From Ginglymostoma cirratum (Eukaryota): 64,000 nucleotides of DNA. Shown here piece after piece: positions 1 through 11,827 of this stretch. A program made the position numbers and the translations under genes. Below the pieces are notes generated by a model, which saw only the letters and a list, made by a program, of their open reading frames with translations, ran no database searches and was not told the DNA's origin. The DNA is taken from contig JAHRHZ010000140.1 in assembly GCA_024137785.1 (NCBI GenBank), positions 31,846,930-31,910,929 on the forward strand, in the 5' to 3' direction. How positions within the stretch are numbered: the stretch's first letter is position 1; every line of letters starts with the position of its first letter.

Positions 1-213
1 GCTCCATCCCCGCCTCTTCGACTTGTCTGCCTCCTCTCCACCTATCCCCTCCTCTATCCATCCTCTATCCACCTCCCCCTCTCTCCCTATTTATTTCAGA
101 ACCCTCTTCCCCTCCCCCATTTCTGATGAAGGGTTTAGGCCCGAAACGTCAAGTTTTCCTGCTCCTATGATGCTGCTTGACCTGCTGTGTTCATCCAGCC
201 CCATGCTTGTTAT
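1..213 (+). mobile_element. Penelope-like element 3' end (pseudo-LTR) with hammerhead-like motif
   Basis: Pyrimidine-rich tract, then CTGATGAAGGGTTTAGGCCCGAAACGTC and tail gatgctgcttgacctgctgtgttcatccagc. Near-identical to the minus-strand copy at 10457-11000, which carries a GIY-YIG C-terminus. Confidence 0.8.
119..154 (+). ncRNA. Minimal type I hammerhead-ribozyme-like motif (Penelope-associated)
   Basis: CUGAUGA 123-129; stem II GGGU/GCCC 131-142; GAAA 143-146; palindromic ACGU in place of helix III with GUC triplet 148-150; 4-bp stem I AUUU/AAGU. Activity untested. Confidence 0.6.
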
Positions 214-215
214 CC

Positions 216-970
216 AGGACTTCTACACTTACTGGTAACGTCCAGGGAAGTGTTGCTGAACAAAGAGACCTTGGAGTGCACGTTCATAGTTCCTTGAAAG
301 TGGAGTTGTAGTAGGTAGATAGGACAGTATGGAAGGCATTTGGTATGTTTGCCTGTATTGGTCAGAACATTGAGTTTCGGCATTAGGAGGTCATGTTGAG
401 GCTGTACAGGACATTGTTTAGGCCACTTTTGGAGTACGGTGTACAATTCTGGTCTCCCTGCTATTAGAAGGGTGTTGTGAAACTTGAAAGGGTTCAGAAA
501 AGATTTACAAGGGTGTTGGTAAGCTTGGAGGGTTTGAGCTATAGGGAAAGGCTGAATAAGCTGGGGCTATACTCCCTGGAGTGTTGGAGGCTGAGGGGTG
601 ACCTTATAGAGGGTTATAAAATCATGATGGTCATGGGTAGGGTAAAGAGACAAGGTCTTTTCCCCAGAGTGGGACAGTCCAAAACTAGAGGGCATAGGTT
701 TAAGGTGAGAAGGGAAATATTTAAAAGGGACCTAAGGGGCAACTTTTTCAAGCAGAGGGTGGTGCATGTATGGAATGAGCTGCCAGAGGAAGTGATGGAG
801 GCTAGTACAATTACAACATTTAAAAGGCATCTAGATAGGTATATGAATAAGAAGGGTTTAGACGGATATGGCAAAAGGGACTAGATTTATCTAGGATATC
901 TGGTCAACATGGACAAGTTGGACCAAAGGGACTGTTTCCATGCTGTAGATCTCTATGACTCTATGACTCT
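216..970 (+). mobile_element. CR1-clade LINE, 5'-truncated 3' end
   Basis: ORF 477-884 has CR1 ORF2 C-terminal motifs (LERVQKRFTR, SYRERL, RLRGDLIE, TRGH, FF.QRVV..WN.LP, FK..LD). Ends in a (CTCTATGA)n tail at 951-970. Confidence 0.92.
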
Positions 971-3204
971 AATAGTATCCAAACTGGACCGTAAGACAGA
1001 AGCTGAACAAGTAAGTGTACTATTGTTCACAATTGGGAGGATAGCAGTAATGTTATTTCTTGCCAAGTGCTTATTAAAGCCTCAGACAAGCTTAAAGAGT
1101 TATTGAGAGCCTTGGATATTTATTTGAACCTCAGAATTAACACATTATTTGATGAGTAGGATTCAACAAAAGAACATCTAGGCGATATTTAGGTGAATCA
1201 GTGATCTCGACAGGCTAGTGGAGTGATGTGCCTATGGTGACTATTATCAGTTACAAGCTTTGGTTGACAAAACACTGCCGAAGCTGACAGAAGTTTCAAA
1301 ACAATGTCTGAGGGCATTACGCTTAACCTTAAAGCTATGCTGCATGCATCCTCACAACATAGGGGACTCCAAATATGACATAACCTACATGTACTTCACC
1401 AGCAGGAATTCTCTCTCTAGACTAGAAGGGCATATATTGACCCTCAATATCCTCTAAAATGGTGAAGAGGTTAAACGTCAGAAGGTCAAGGAAAACACAG
1501 TTGAAAATATCACTGGGTTCTATAAGCACATGATAGAACAAGAAGCTGAATCTCCTATGGTCAGTCATGGAGAATAAAAAAAAACAGTTTCATGCCTTAA
1601 ATAGTACAGAAATCTTTGGCTTGGTTGGTTGAAATGTTTTTCACTGCTAATAAAACTGAAGACAGTTCAGGTCATAAGTGGTAACAATGTTCAAAAAGAG
1701 GTCCAAACAAAGAGATAAGAACTTAACCATCTACACCACATAAGGGAATGAACAGTGACCCCAAACAATAAAAGCATCTGCAACTGGATTGAGACAGATT
1801 AGTGCATAACACAGTAAATAGTATAGACTCCAACTTCACATCTTTCATTAAAGGCCAAATTGACTGGGAAGAAGCAAGTTCAAGCTAAATGTCTGATCTC
1901 CCCACTTTTCAAAGAATCCCCAAAGACAATAAAGGAGATCATAGCAAGCAAGAGTAAATCTATTGGCTACACAAATGAACATGTGGGTTTCATCCATAAT
2001 CAATTGGTGAGGAAGAAAGAAATCCCAAAATGTTCAAGAAGTTGATGTAATGCCACTCACTTCAGCACAGATGTACAAGTTAAAAAAAGACCCAAGTTAA
2101 AGATGTGGTGCATACGACGAAACAATTAAGAGTTAAACATGCAAAGATATGAGAATCTCAAAAGAAAGAACATTGTCTGCTATAACATGGACCAATAAAG
2201 AATAATTGTACATCATTTAAGTCCTCGGTGATGGATGAGCAAAAGGTTAAATATCCCTCTGTTTATGAGAAGACAGTCTAATCATTTTGGTCAACACACC
2301 TCCATTATTCCATGTCCAAAGAGAATACACTTGGGTAAGCAATGAAATTTCCAAATCATCTGAATTTGTAATGTCGATATCAGATAGGGTGTGGAAAGTG
2401 GAGGAGATGGGGTACTGGTTATTGTATAAATAAAATATACAGAATAATAACATGGGAGCAATGTTTCTTCTGGGATCTGAAAGGGTTATTACTTGATTGA
2501 GTACAATAAACACCCTCTCCTGTGATCATTGCACAAGACTTGGCCAGAATAAAGGAACTTGTAAGAGACAGCACTGAAGCCAGGTGGCTCCTAACAGCCT
2601 CTGTATTAATGTAGGATATGTTCGTGTAATCTGTAAGTAGTTACAGCAATGCAATTAACCTCCTACCCCCTGTTTATTCAGGAAGACTCTTCCAGTTAGA
2701 CCAGAAAGGTGGCTGTCCTCATCCATGATAGATCACGTCAGGCTTGAAGAACTCCCTACACAACACTGTCTGAGCATGCAATATGATTTGGTGCCAACCA
2801 TGGTGGGTGCCATTCTGGGTAAGTCAGTAGCACGGTCGCAGAGAACATGCACCATAAACTTTCAGAATAGGTTGTGGGAATCAGTAAATGTTTAATACTG
2901 ACTCCACCAATATTCAGCTCATGTCTCTTAACCTCGCACCTATGGACGTGCATTCAGCAGCAGAACAGTCCTTTATGTAATAGGTAAGAGGGTCTTCTGC
3001 TTGTGCTGCAATCGGCAACGGAAGCTGAGACATCAGCCATTAAACACTGCCATGGTTGAATCTACAAACGCAATGATAGAATTGATCATCATTTGCACAC
3101 TGGAAACAATGGTCTACAAGATCTGCACAAAGCTCCAAACAAGCTTGGTGCTAGATTCCTCCATGCTACTTGACATTAACATTGCCACGATACCACCCCT
3201 GCCC

Positions 3205-3570
3205 AATCTCATTGGACTAGTAATCTAAAGGCACAATCCAGTATTCTGAGGACATGGATTCAAATTCCATCATTACAAATAATGAAAGCTGAATTCAATA
3301 AAATGTGGAATTAAAAATTAGTCTAATGGTGATCACATAACCATTATCAATTGCCAAAAATTCATCCTGTTCAGTGATGTCCTTTAGAGAAGGAAATCTA
3401 CTATCTTCACCTTATCTAGCCTGCCTGTGACTCCAAATGCAAAGCAATGTGATTGCCTCTTAAGTGTCCTCTGAAATCGCCGAGCAAGCCATTCAGTTCT
3501 AGGGCAATTAAGGGTGGGTAACAAATCTTGGCCTTGCCAGTGATGCCTATAATCGCATTTAAGATTAAAA
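3205..3570 (+). mobile_element. DeuSINE-type (SacSINE1-like) SINE, diverged
   Basis: tRNA-like head with gattcaaattcc box, central ...gtcctttagagaaggaaatct...tgtgactcca... domain and tail gggcaattaagggtgggtaacaaatcttggccttgccagtgatgcc. Colinear with the copy at 8401-8740. Confidence 0.75.
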
Positions 3571-5239
3571 TATCTGGAACGTCAGCCAAAATACAGAGCC
3601 TTTCCATGCACATATGCAGCAGCGTTTTTCTATATGTTGCCTCAAAGCTTTCATCTCAGCTGTCTGCAGCAGAACCTGTATATACTTCTCCTCTGTGAAT
3701 CTAGCACCAGCACTACCTTACCACTCTGCCCTGGCTGCAAATCACTTATGACTGCTGGTTCATCATGGACAAATCCTATCTCCATGTTATCTTCCAAAAC
3801 CATGCTCTATGGTTTGATGCGATCGACTGGCTGATCGCAGAGTCTCTGACAGTCAATCTCAGTGCCTGCTCATGTTTCCTCGCCGTGTGCATCTTTGACA
3901 GTTGACATGACCACCTCTCTCCGTATTCCCTTGTCACATTGAACAGCTTGCTGCTACATGGCGTCTGCTACCAAAAGCCGCATAGTTATAGAAAAGTGCA
4001 TGCCCTCAACAGGTTTTTACCAGCTTGTTGCTTCATGTTTAAGATTAGTCCAGATGGACCACCATTGCAGGGTAAAGTAAGTTTTGTGGTGGCAATGCAA
4101 ACAAATGAAAAATAAAAATACCAGGAACTGACGTGTGAAGCCAGTCTATTACAGTACTAGACGCATTGAAGGCCATTCAGCCTATCATGTTCATACATAC
4201 TCTCTGCAATAGAGTTCTCAACTATTCCTGCTTTTGTACCCATTCTCTGTGTTTTTCTTCAGCTGCTTTCTCATAGGTCCATGTAGGATGAAGAAAAATT
4301 ATGGGAAATGATGCCACTCCCAACATCCAATAACTGAGCAATTCCAACTGACCAGGGACCCTAGAAACAAATTGCAACATAGAAGTGGCACCGTATTTAA
4401 AAGCTTGAAAATTATGGAGACAATTACTGTGCAAAATGATATTGAGCTGAAAATGAGATCAACGGATAGTGATATTTTTGGGGACTCATAAACAGAGAAT
4501 AAAAACCTTTTTCTATCATCCTATGCTATTAAAGTGAAATATTACCTTGACTCCATATGCCTTTATGAGCCAGCTTTCTCCCAAATGAAGATAATCAGAG
4601 CCAATTATCACACCCACCTCAGAGATACCCATTTGATGAACTGTGCATGACCAGTATACAACTAGCAGTCTCAAAGTACAATCCCACTTCAAGGCCCTGG
4701 CAGAGAATGTGCAACAACATCTTTTCTACTGTGACTTGGGCAAAATGAGGGCAAAATGAATAATTATATATACTTGGTTTTAAATTTATATAGCACTAAA
4801 CATAAGCTATTTATTCCATATTTTCTTTGGGGTAGATCTTAGGTTAAGATTGCTTTTTCACATTTGAATTTAAGTAAAAAAGGAGGTTGAAGACTACTAA
4901 TCTAAGATATGCTCAGTGTCATTATCTAAGCTGTTATGTGTAACGGTGAGATCATGGAACAATGTTCCTTAACCATCCAACTCTTCTTCCTCTTCTGCTT
5001 CTTCTACACTATTGCTGGGCCAAATTGCAGTTCTTATCATTTGTAAGCAGAAAAGCACAACAGCAGGATTGTATTGAAGTGAGGGACAGAGCTGGAAGCA
5101 AAATCTGAGTGCTTACATTACATCCAGCTCAATTAGAGGAGAATGCGGAATGACAGGGAAGTAGAAACTGAGAAGGAGGTGCAGGAATTAGCATTATGCA
5201 AAGTTTGATCAGGAAGGATCTATATGCTTGTGGATTGCT

Positions 5240-5720
5240 AATTGATATTTTTATGTAGTGGTTAAGAGCTAAATCTTGATTAGCACACAATGGTGTGTGG
5301 AGCTGGAAGAACACAGCAGGCCAGGCAGCATCAGAGGAGCTGGAAAGCTGACATTTCAGGTCAGGATCCTTTCTCAGAGGAAGGGTGCTGACCCGATACA
5401 TTAGCTTTCCTGCTCCGCTGATGCTGCCTGGCCTGCTGTGTTCCTCTAGCTCCACACTGTGTTTACTCTGACTCTAGCGTCAGCAGTTCTTACTATCTCT
5501 GAGTGAGTTAGCGCACAATAGTTCCATGATGTCTTTTAAATCCACCTGAATTGCTAAGGCCTAGGTTCCATAAAATATCTCACTTGCAAGACAACACCTC
5601 CAACAAAACAGCACTCCCTCTGTATTGCACTGAACAGCCAACCTGGATTATTTGCTCAAATCCTGCAGTGAACTTGAACCTGTGGCTGTCTGAGTCAGAA
5701 GTGAGAGTACCACCCAAGAT
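5240..5720 (-). mobile_element. LF-SINE-like element, interrupted by a Penelope-derived palindrome
   Basis: 5517-5720 resembles the reverse complement of the LF-SINE 5' half as recalled (cagcactccctc...gcactg...ttgctcaa...cttgaacc...tctgagtcagaagtgagagt). Weaker continuation at 5240-5291. Confidence 0.7.
5292..5507. mobile_element. Palindromic Penelope-derived insertion with ~12-bp TSD
   Basis: Arms of ~80 bp (gtgtggagctgg...cctttctc / gaggaaggg...ctagctccacac) are reverse complements. Flanked by ttagcacacaat (5280-5291) and ttagcgcacaat (5508-5519). Confidence 0.8.
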
Positions 5721-6247
5721 AATCTGACAATATTTAAGTATACTACTTAAGACACTACAACATAACTGCTGCTGGAGCTAAGCTGAAAAGGTTTAAAGGA
5801 TTTAGATACACACAAGATGAAATACTTACCAATTGTTATTTACTTCAGATAGGCTTCCAGGCAGCAAAGAACATGAATTGATTAGTTTTCCTCATTCAGT
5901 TGGTAGATTATAGATCTTCAGTGCTCTGTCTTGGCCTTGATATAACCCATTCAAGTCTTTCGATAGCCTGCAAGTACTTACAATCCATGGCTGATCAGCC
6001 AAACAATAAGGTGTTATGAATCTTTAAGATATATAGCCAAAAACCTGGAAATGAGAATGTCAATAACTAGCAATACTTTACAGCACAGAAAAACATTTGT
6101 TCCATTTCATTAGTAAACTGATCATAGTTTCTAGAAAATTGAATTGTATATTGGGTCGACACAGTATATATCTTTGTTCAAGGATATGGTGATTGGAAAG
6201 TAATCAGAGGGTAATATCTCAACTTAAGGGTGTTAAAGCAATTTAGA

Positions 6248-6275
6248 AAGTAAATGCCTTTAAGTAAATGCCTTT
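6248..6275. repeat. Tandem duplication (aagtaaatgccttt)x2
   Basis: Two adjacent perfect 14-bp copies. Confidence 0.8.
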
Positions 6276-7258
6276 GGTAACTCCAGACACAAAGCCTGTT
6301 TATTCTGGTACATGGCAGCCGTAAATTAATACACAATCAGAAATAAATACACAGCTGAAGGAGTGTAAAACAGATATATTGCCTAAGTTACACACAATAA
6401 TGACTCTCAAAATATGTGATAGCAGAGGTAAAGAATGCAAAATGAAACCTCAAAAGCAAACACCATTTACCAAATGAGAACCCTTCATTTGACAAAAGTA
6501 ATTCAGTAAATTTGAATGTACTTTTTGGCAAGAAAAGGTAACAGTAAAGCACAAGATAGAATTTAAAGTATTCTACAAGTGCAAATGAATTCGGAAACAG
6601 ATTTATAATTTCAAACAATAAATAGTGCAGCAAAGAAAAGTCTGCAGGATGCCATGAAAGCCATGAAAGTCCATAGATCCTTCTGGATGTCAATTGGCCT
6701 CACTAAATAATGCCCAACTGAGATTGACAAATGTTTGTAGTAAATCAGGGCAGCCAAAAAGTCTTTTTAAAAAATCTCTAAATAATAAAAAAAAGTAGTT
6801 ATGAAAAGGGCTATAGCATGCCATCCTTTAATCCCTCTATCCTCTAATTGGAAGAGAGTTGGGCACAAGGTTTCCTTTCTTATACCCCATGCATACAAGC
6901 AGTCAATACCTCCCTGTCAAAAGAACAGAAGGAGAATTGTATTGATTATCAGGGTGTTTCACCCCCACGAGCAGACACAGAATCACTTTACACATGCACC
7001 AACCATGGAAAATTGTCTCCAACAAATAATAGCCCTCTTACTTTTAAAACCATGCTTTATAAGATGGAGTACCGGGCTTATTCAGTACATTCAGCTATTG
7101 CAGGTTAGTATCAAATATTAATAGTGGACAAATTAGACTTTGTGACACTTACGGGTGTCAAATGAAATTGATGTGTAGGAAAAGAATAGGTGCCTTGATC
7201 AATCCTGTCGTAAAAACCATGAGGATTAGAGCATCGCTACTAAATACTTAGTTATTTT

Positions 7259-7350
7259 AATCAACCTGTTTGACATGTTTTGACACACATCCAGGACAGA
7301 TGGAGCTTGAATCCAGACTTCTGGCACACAGGTAGAAGTCTAACGCTGCA
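7259..7350 (-). mobile_element. tRNA-derived SINE fragment
   Basis: Reverse complement resembles the SINE heads at 24190-24265 and 41166-41280 (box-B-like ggattcaagctcc, then gtgtgtca...aacaggttgatt). Confidence 0.55.
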
Positions 7351-8400
7351 TCATAAGAGCAACCCCTCCCCGTACTGAATACTTATCACCTTCCACCGGT
7401 TCTGCCCCGGCACCCTCAGCCATGCAATCTCCTGAGTGTGTACCAAATTGGCATCTGGCACAAGTCACTTGGAATAAACAGAATATAATCCCCAGTGAGT
7501 GCTTGTTTTTAATCTTAGTCATTTACATTTAACTTTCAACCATGTTTGCAAAAGTGATATTGGATTTACTGCAGGAAGACAAGGATTTAGACTTCTTTTC
7601 AATTCTAATGTGTAAACTTCAAATGCTTGCCAACTCATATTTTAATAGGATCCTGCTCAGAGAATCATGCTTTTTATCATATAAAGTCTCTGCTAACAGT
7701 CCATGTCATCTAAGGTCTTCCTTTGTGTTCACTTTATGAACTATGACCCGAGACCTGGTTAGCCCTCGCCCCAACATTTTCTTTTGGTTACTTCCTGAGC
7801 ATACTCTGCCCTTCAGTTCTTTCCTCCTCCCTGCTTCTTGTAGTTCATGGAAGGAGTTGCACATCTCTCCAAAAAAAAATTATTCTCTGATGTATTACTT
7901 TTTATGTTTGGTAAATCCACTTGCTCCTTCCACAGTAGGTGGAACTGAAAGTTATTTTCCAGTTGTGTTTTTTCCAAATCATGCCAAAATACTGATACAC
8001 TAATTTTTTTTTAAATTAAACCAGTCAAATTTAGATGTGCTTGTTACTTCTATGACAAAACATGTTGAAATAGTTTGCTGCTTTGTTTCAATTTTTCACA
8101 CATACAAATCTTCAGGTAAACAAGTGACAATATTTGGTTTCGTAGTTAATTAGTGTTTTAGTTGGGGAGAACTACAAATACCAGTAGCTAATAGTATTGC
8201 TTGTTCACTTTATTGTTCCTTCTATCCATGTCACTGCTGCTCCTAGGTGGGTGGTCATATTTATGTCAGTACCCAGCACAAGGACATCTATTGGGTACTA
8301 TGCATTCTAGGCAGCTAGAAATCTAGGATTCCATAATGAACTAGCACCCGAGATGGTTTAATGAATACAGGGCTTCCAGGAAAGCTAGTGCCACTTTATG

Positions 8401-8740
8401 GGGAGGCGATAGCTTGGTGGCATTTTTGCTGGACTGTTAACCCAGAGACCCAGGTAATATTCTTGGGACCTAGATTCAAGTCCTGCCATGGCAGATGGTG
8501 GAATTTGAACTTGGTAAAATTCTGGAATTAAGCTTCTAATGATGACTATGAATGCACTGCTGATTATCAGAAAACCTATCAGGTTCATTAATGTCTTTAG
8601 GGAAGGAAATTGCTATCCTTACCTGGTCTGGATTACATGTGATTCCAGGCCCACAGCAATGTGGTTGACTTTTAACTGCCCTCTGGGATGTGCAATTAAT
8701 GCTGGCCTAGCCAGTGATGTCCTCATCCCATGAATGAAAT
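8401..8740 (+). mobile_element. DeuSINE-type (SacSINE1-like) SINE, near full length
   Basis: Head gggaggcgatagcttggtgg...gattcaagtcctgccatggcagatggtggaatttgaa; body ...ctttagggaaggaaat...; tail aatgctggcctagccagtgatgtcctcatcccatgaatgaa. Confidence 0.85.
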
Positions 8741-10456
8741 TTTCCTTTTAGAGGAGAGTTCTAAAATTGCAAAGTTGCGAGCATTGGAGCGGTACCTACC
8801 TGTTACTCATGTACATCCATTCCAGCAGTACATACGGTTGGCCCTTATCACATACAGAAACTAATTCCTCCTCCAAATACTCCAGCAGTTCCTGAAAATG
8901 CTTACTGAAAACTAAATGGCCTGAAGATCAAGATATTTAACACTAACTTGGTTAGAAGAATTAAAAACTGAAAGTTCAATGAGGTACCATATAAAGTATT
9001 GAGTCAAACTTTCCCACAGCTGTCTGGGAAAAAGGTTTAAGCTCCAAATTACAATTTTGAGTGGCATTCAAATAGCTTGAATCATGACAACTAAAATGTT
9101 GACAGGTCTGTTTTAAGCATACACCATCTCCAGAACTGACATATATTCTGCAGTGGATTGCATTTACACAGGATAGATATGAAACTGGTCACAGACTGAC
9201 TACAATGGTCTGCTAAGGTCTGAGTAGCTTGTACGCCCATCAAGGAAATGTTTATTCAAACCTACTATGCAACTATGACAAGGTAAGCAACTGAGCTAAA
9301 GTGAGGAGACAATTAGTGCCCCTGAGACTGAAAAAAGTAGTAGAAGTGGAGCATGCTTTTATTTCCCCTCATTGCCACCCTTGCTCACTCCTGCACAGAG
9401 GCGCATGTTCCCTAACTGTAGCACGGGTATATAATAAATATTGGTCTCGACAATCCTTACCAACAGGCAGAATGTACAAAGCCCTACCTAGAATAAGGAG
9501 TATTTAGTCATAGTAATCGGGCAAATGTGACTAGGAGAATTATATTCTATTCAGTCGCAGAGAGACATAGTGGAAAGCAACAATGTTGTTTAAGGATCAC
9601 TCAATAACACTGCAGGGCTTTACTTTTCTTGTGACTTTTTCTGTAGGATTAAAGTTGTAACCAACTGGACGATATAAAATGACAGTACGTATTATATATG
9701 ACATAAAAGGACAGTGTAAAAATTCTAAATGCGGTTTTGGCACACTGCACTTCATTTATCTGAAAAACATTTTACAGATTCCAGTCAAGAAGTTATTAGA
9801 AACATGTCTCTGTGAAGGTCTGCCATAATTTCTCTTATTCCTGGAGTGTTGACTACTTTCTTGCCTAATGATTTTATTGCTGTTATGCTAAATATAAGTA
9901 TTGAAGTATTAAATCCGGAAAGTCTGCCATTTGGGTCAAACATTTTCCTTTGAGCAGAGCAGTACAGGTTGGCTGAAGCATAACTTGTTGCTTGTCAGTA
10001 TCACTTGAGTGATTTGCACCAAAACAACCACTGGATGAGTTGAGCAAACCTAACCCAACACACCACTCAGTCAACCTGCTAGAATGCAAAGCCGACTCAT
10101 GGATATCATTTAAGTGTGCTGCCTATGTAGCCAGAGCCTTGAGGAGGAAATACAATAAATTGAGTTCTATAGAACTGTGCACATTAAAGGGAAGTATCTC
10201 TGTCTACAAACAGTGAGAATCAGTTTTTCAGACTTTTTCAAACATTTTACAGGTGGTCATGAAGAACTAGTGGGCAAGGATGGAAAGAGATCATGGACTC
10301 ATGGTGGATTATTGTTAAACCTGACTGCTCATCCGCCAGAGAGGACTGGACTGTTCGATTTGTAGAAGGAGGTGGTGACCAGCTTAAATGCTGTCTGTAG
10401 CAGCTAAAGGACTTGGGATAGCACACAATGAAGATTAAACAGGAATGTCAAGAGCT

Positions 10457-11000
10457 AATAGGTACTGCAGATGCTGGAGAATCCGAGATAACAAGGTGTG
10501 GAGCTGGATGAACACAGCAGGCCAAGCAGCATCATAGGAGTTTTGGCCCTAGACCCTTCATCAGAAATGGGGGAGGGGAAGAGGGTTCTGAAATAAATAG
10601 GGAGAGAGGGGGAGGCGGATAGGAGATGGATAGAGGAGAGGATAGGTGGAGAGGAGACAGACAAGTCAAAGAGGTGGGGATGGAGCCAGTAAAGGTGAGT
10701 GTAGGTGGGGAGGTAGGGAGGAGATAGGTCAGTCCAGGGAGGACAGACAGGTCAAAGGGGCAGGATGAAGTTAGTGGATAGGAGATGGGGGTGCGGCTTG
10801 AGGTGGGAGGAGGAGATAGGTGAGAGGAAGAACAGGTTAGGGAGGCGGGGACGAGCTGAGCTGGTTTTGGGATGCGGTTGGGGGAGGGGAGATTTTGAAG
10901 CTTGTGAAATCCACATTGATACCATTGTGCTGCAGGGTTCCCAGGCTGAATATGATTTGCTGTTCCTGCACACTTCGGGTGGCATCATTGTGGCACTGCT
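10457..11000 (-). mobile_element. Penelope-like retroelement 3' fragment (GIY-YIG C-terminus and pseudo-LTR)
   Basis: Minus strand of ~10890-11000 reads QCHNDATRSVQEQQIIFSLGTLQHNGINVDFTSFKIS, typical of the end of a Penelope GIY-YIG endonuclease. Followed by a pyrimidine tract, a damaged hammerhead motif and the shared tail. Confidence 0.85.
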
Positions 11001-11091
11001 GTTGTGCTAGGCAGTGGGAAAACGACTTACAGAAAGGCTGCTACATGGAAGGAGGCCAATCAGTCCATCTTCGCTGCAACTCAACTGTCCC

Positions 11092-11232
11092 AATCCTAGA
11101 TGGTACCATTGACAATGCAGCAGCCACTAAGTACTGTGCTGGAGTGAAATTTTGCACTTAAGTCCTTGAACAGGATTTGATTCACAAGCTAGTCAACTGA
11201 TGAGAGTGCCCAGCTGCATCGTGGTTGGCACT
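11092..11232 (-). mobile_element. LF-SINE-like 5' fragment, highly diverged
   Basis: gcagcagccactaagtactgtgctggagtg...ttttgcacttaagtcc...gatttga...gagagtgc, similar to 5600-5720. Confidence 0.5.
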
Positions 11233-11654
11233 TATTCAAAAAAAGTGAAGTTCTGCCTAGGCTGTCCTATAATCAGGCAACTTTTTGAATCATACATGAG
11301 CCTTATGGGCATAATTGTTCCTTCCTAGGACAATGTGTGGGGATAAACATGTTATATACAAAGACCCTCACCCCACCCTCCACCTCAAGAAAACATTTAT
11401 CACATCAATTAGTTTACCATTGCTCTCAATATTGGCATCCCAGGTTGCCAGATGCTGTCAGTCAGCCAGCCAATCATAGACAAGCAACTTGTAGGTGCCA
11501 TAAACTGTTGCTTGAGGCTTATTTCTCCAAGGACCCAACAGTCAGAAGGAAAGTTGTTTAGATCCTCATGTTGCATGGTTAGGGTAGCAGGGGAAATGGT
11601 GGATTGGGGGGAGAAGGTCAGCACGTTGGAGGCAAGGGCAGATGGTGGCTTTCA

Positions 11655-11827
11655 AAAGCAAAAACAGAAGTTGCTGGAAAAGCTCAGTAGGTCTGGCAGC
11701 ATCTGTGAAGAAAAAATCAGAGTTGACGTTTCGGGTCCGGTCATCCTTCCTCACGGTGACCCTTCCTCAGAACAGTACTGAGGAAGGGTCACCAGACACG
11801 AAACGTTAACTCTGATTTTTTTCTTCA
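11655..11827. mobile_element. Palindromic Penelope-derived element with back-to-back hammerhead-like motifs
   Basis: 11706-11772 is the reverse complement of 11775-11827, with an extra ~16-bp internal duplication. Plus-strand CTGAGGA 11778-11784, GAAACGTT 11800-11807, AACTCTG. Minus strand has CTGAGGA...GGACCCGAAACGTCAACTCTG. Confidence 0.8.

Noticed and set aside
477-884. 135-aa ORF as a host gene
   Set aside because: It is the C-terminal part of CR1 LINE ORF2 in a 5'-truncated copy.
1170-3150. Possible very old LTR-retrotransposon pol remnants (also ~8900-9300)
   Set aside because: Only vague motif resemblance; no frame or boundary could be supported by eye.
8401-8490. tRNA genes at SINE heads (also 24080-24265, 41166-41230)
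   Set aside because: Box A/B-like motifs without a cloverleaf, continuing into SINE bodies.
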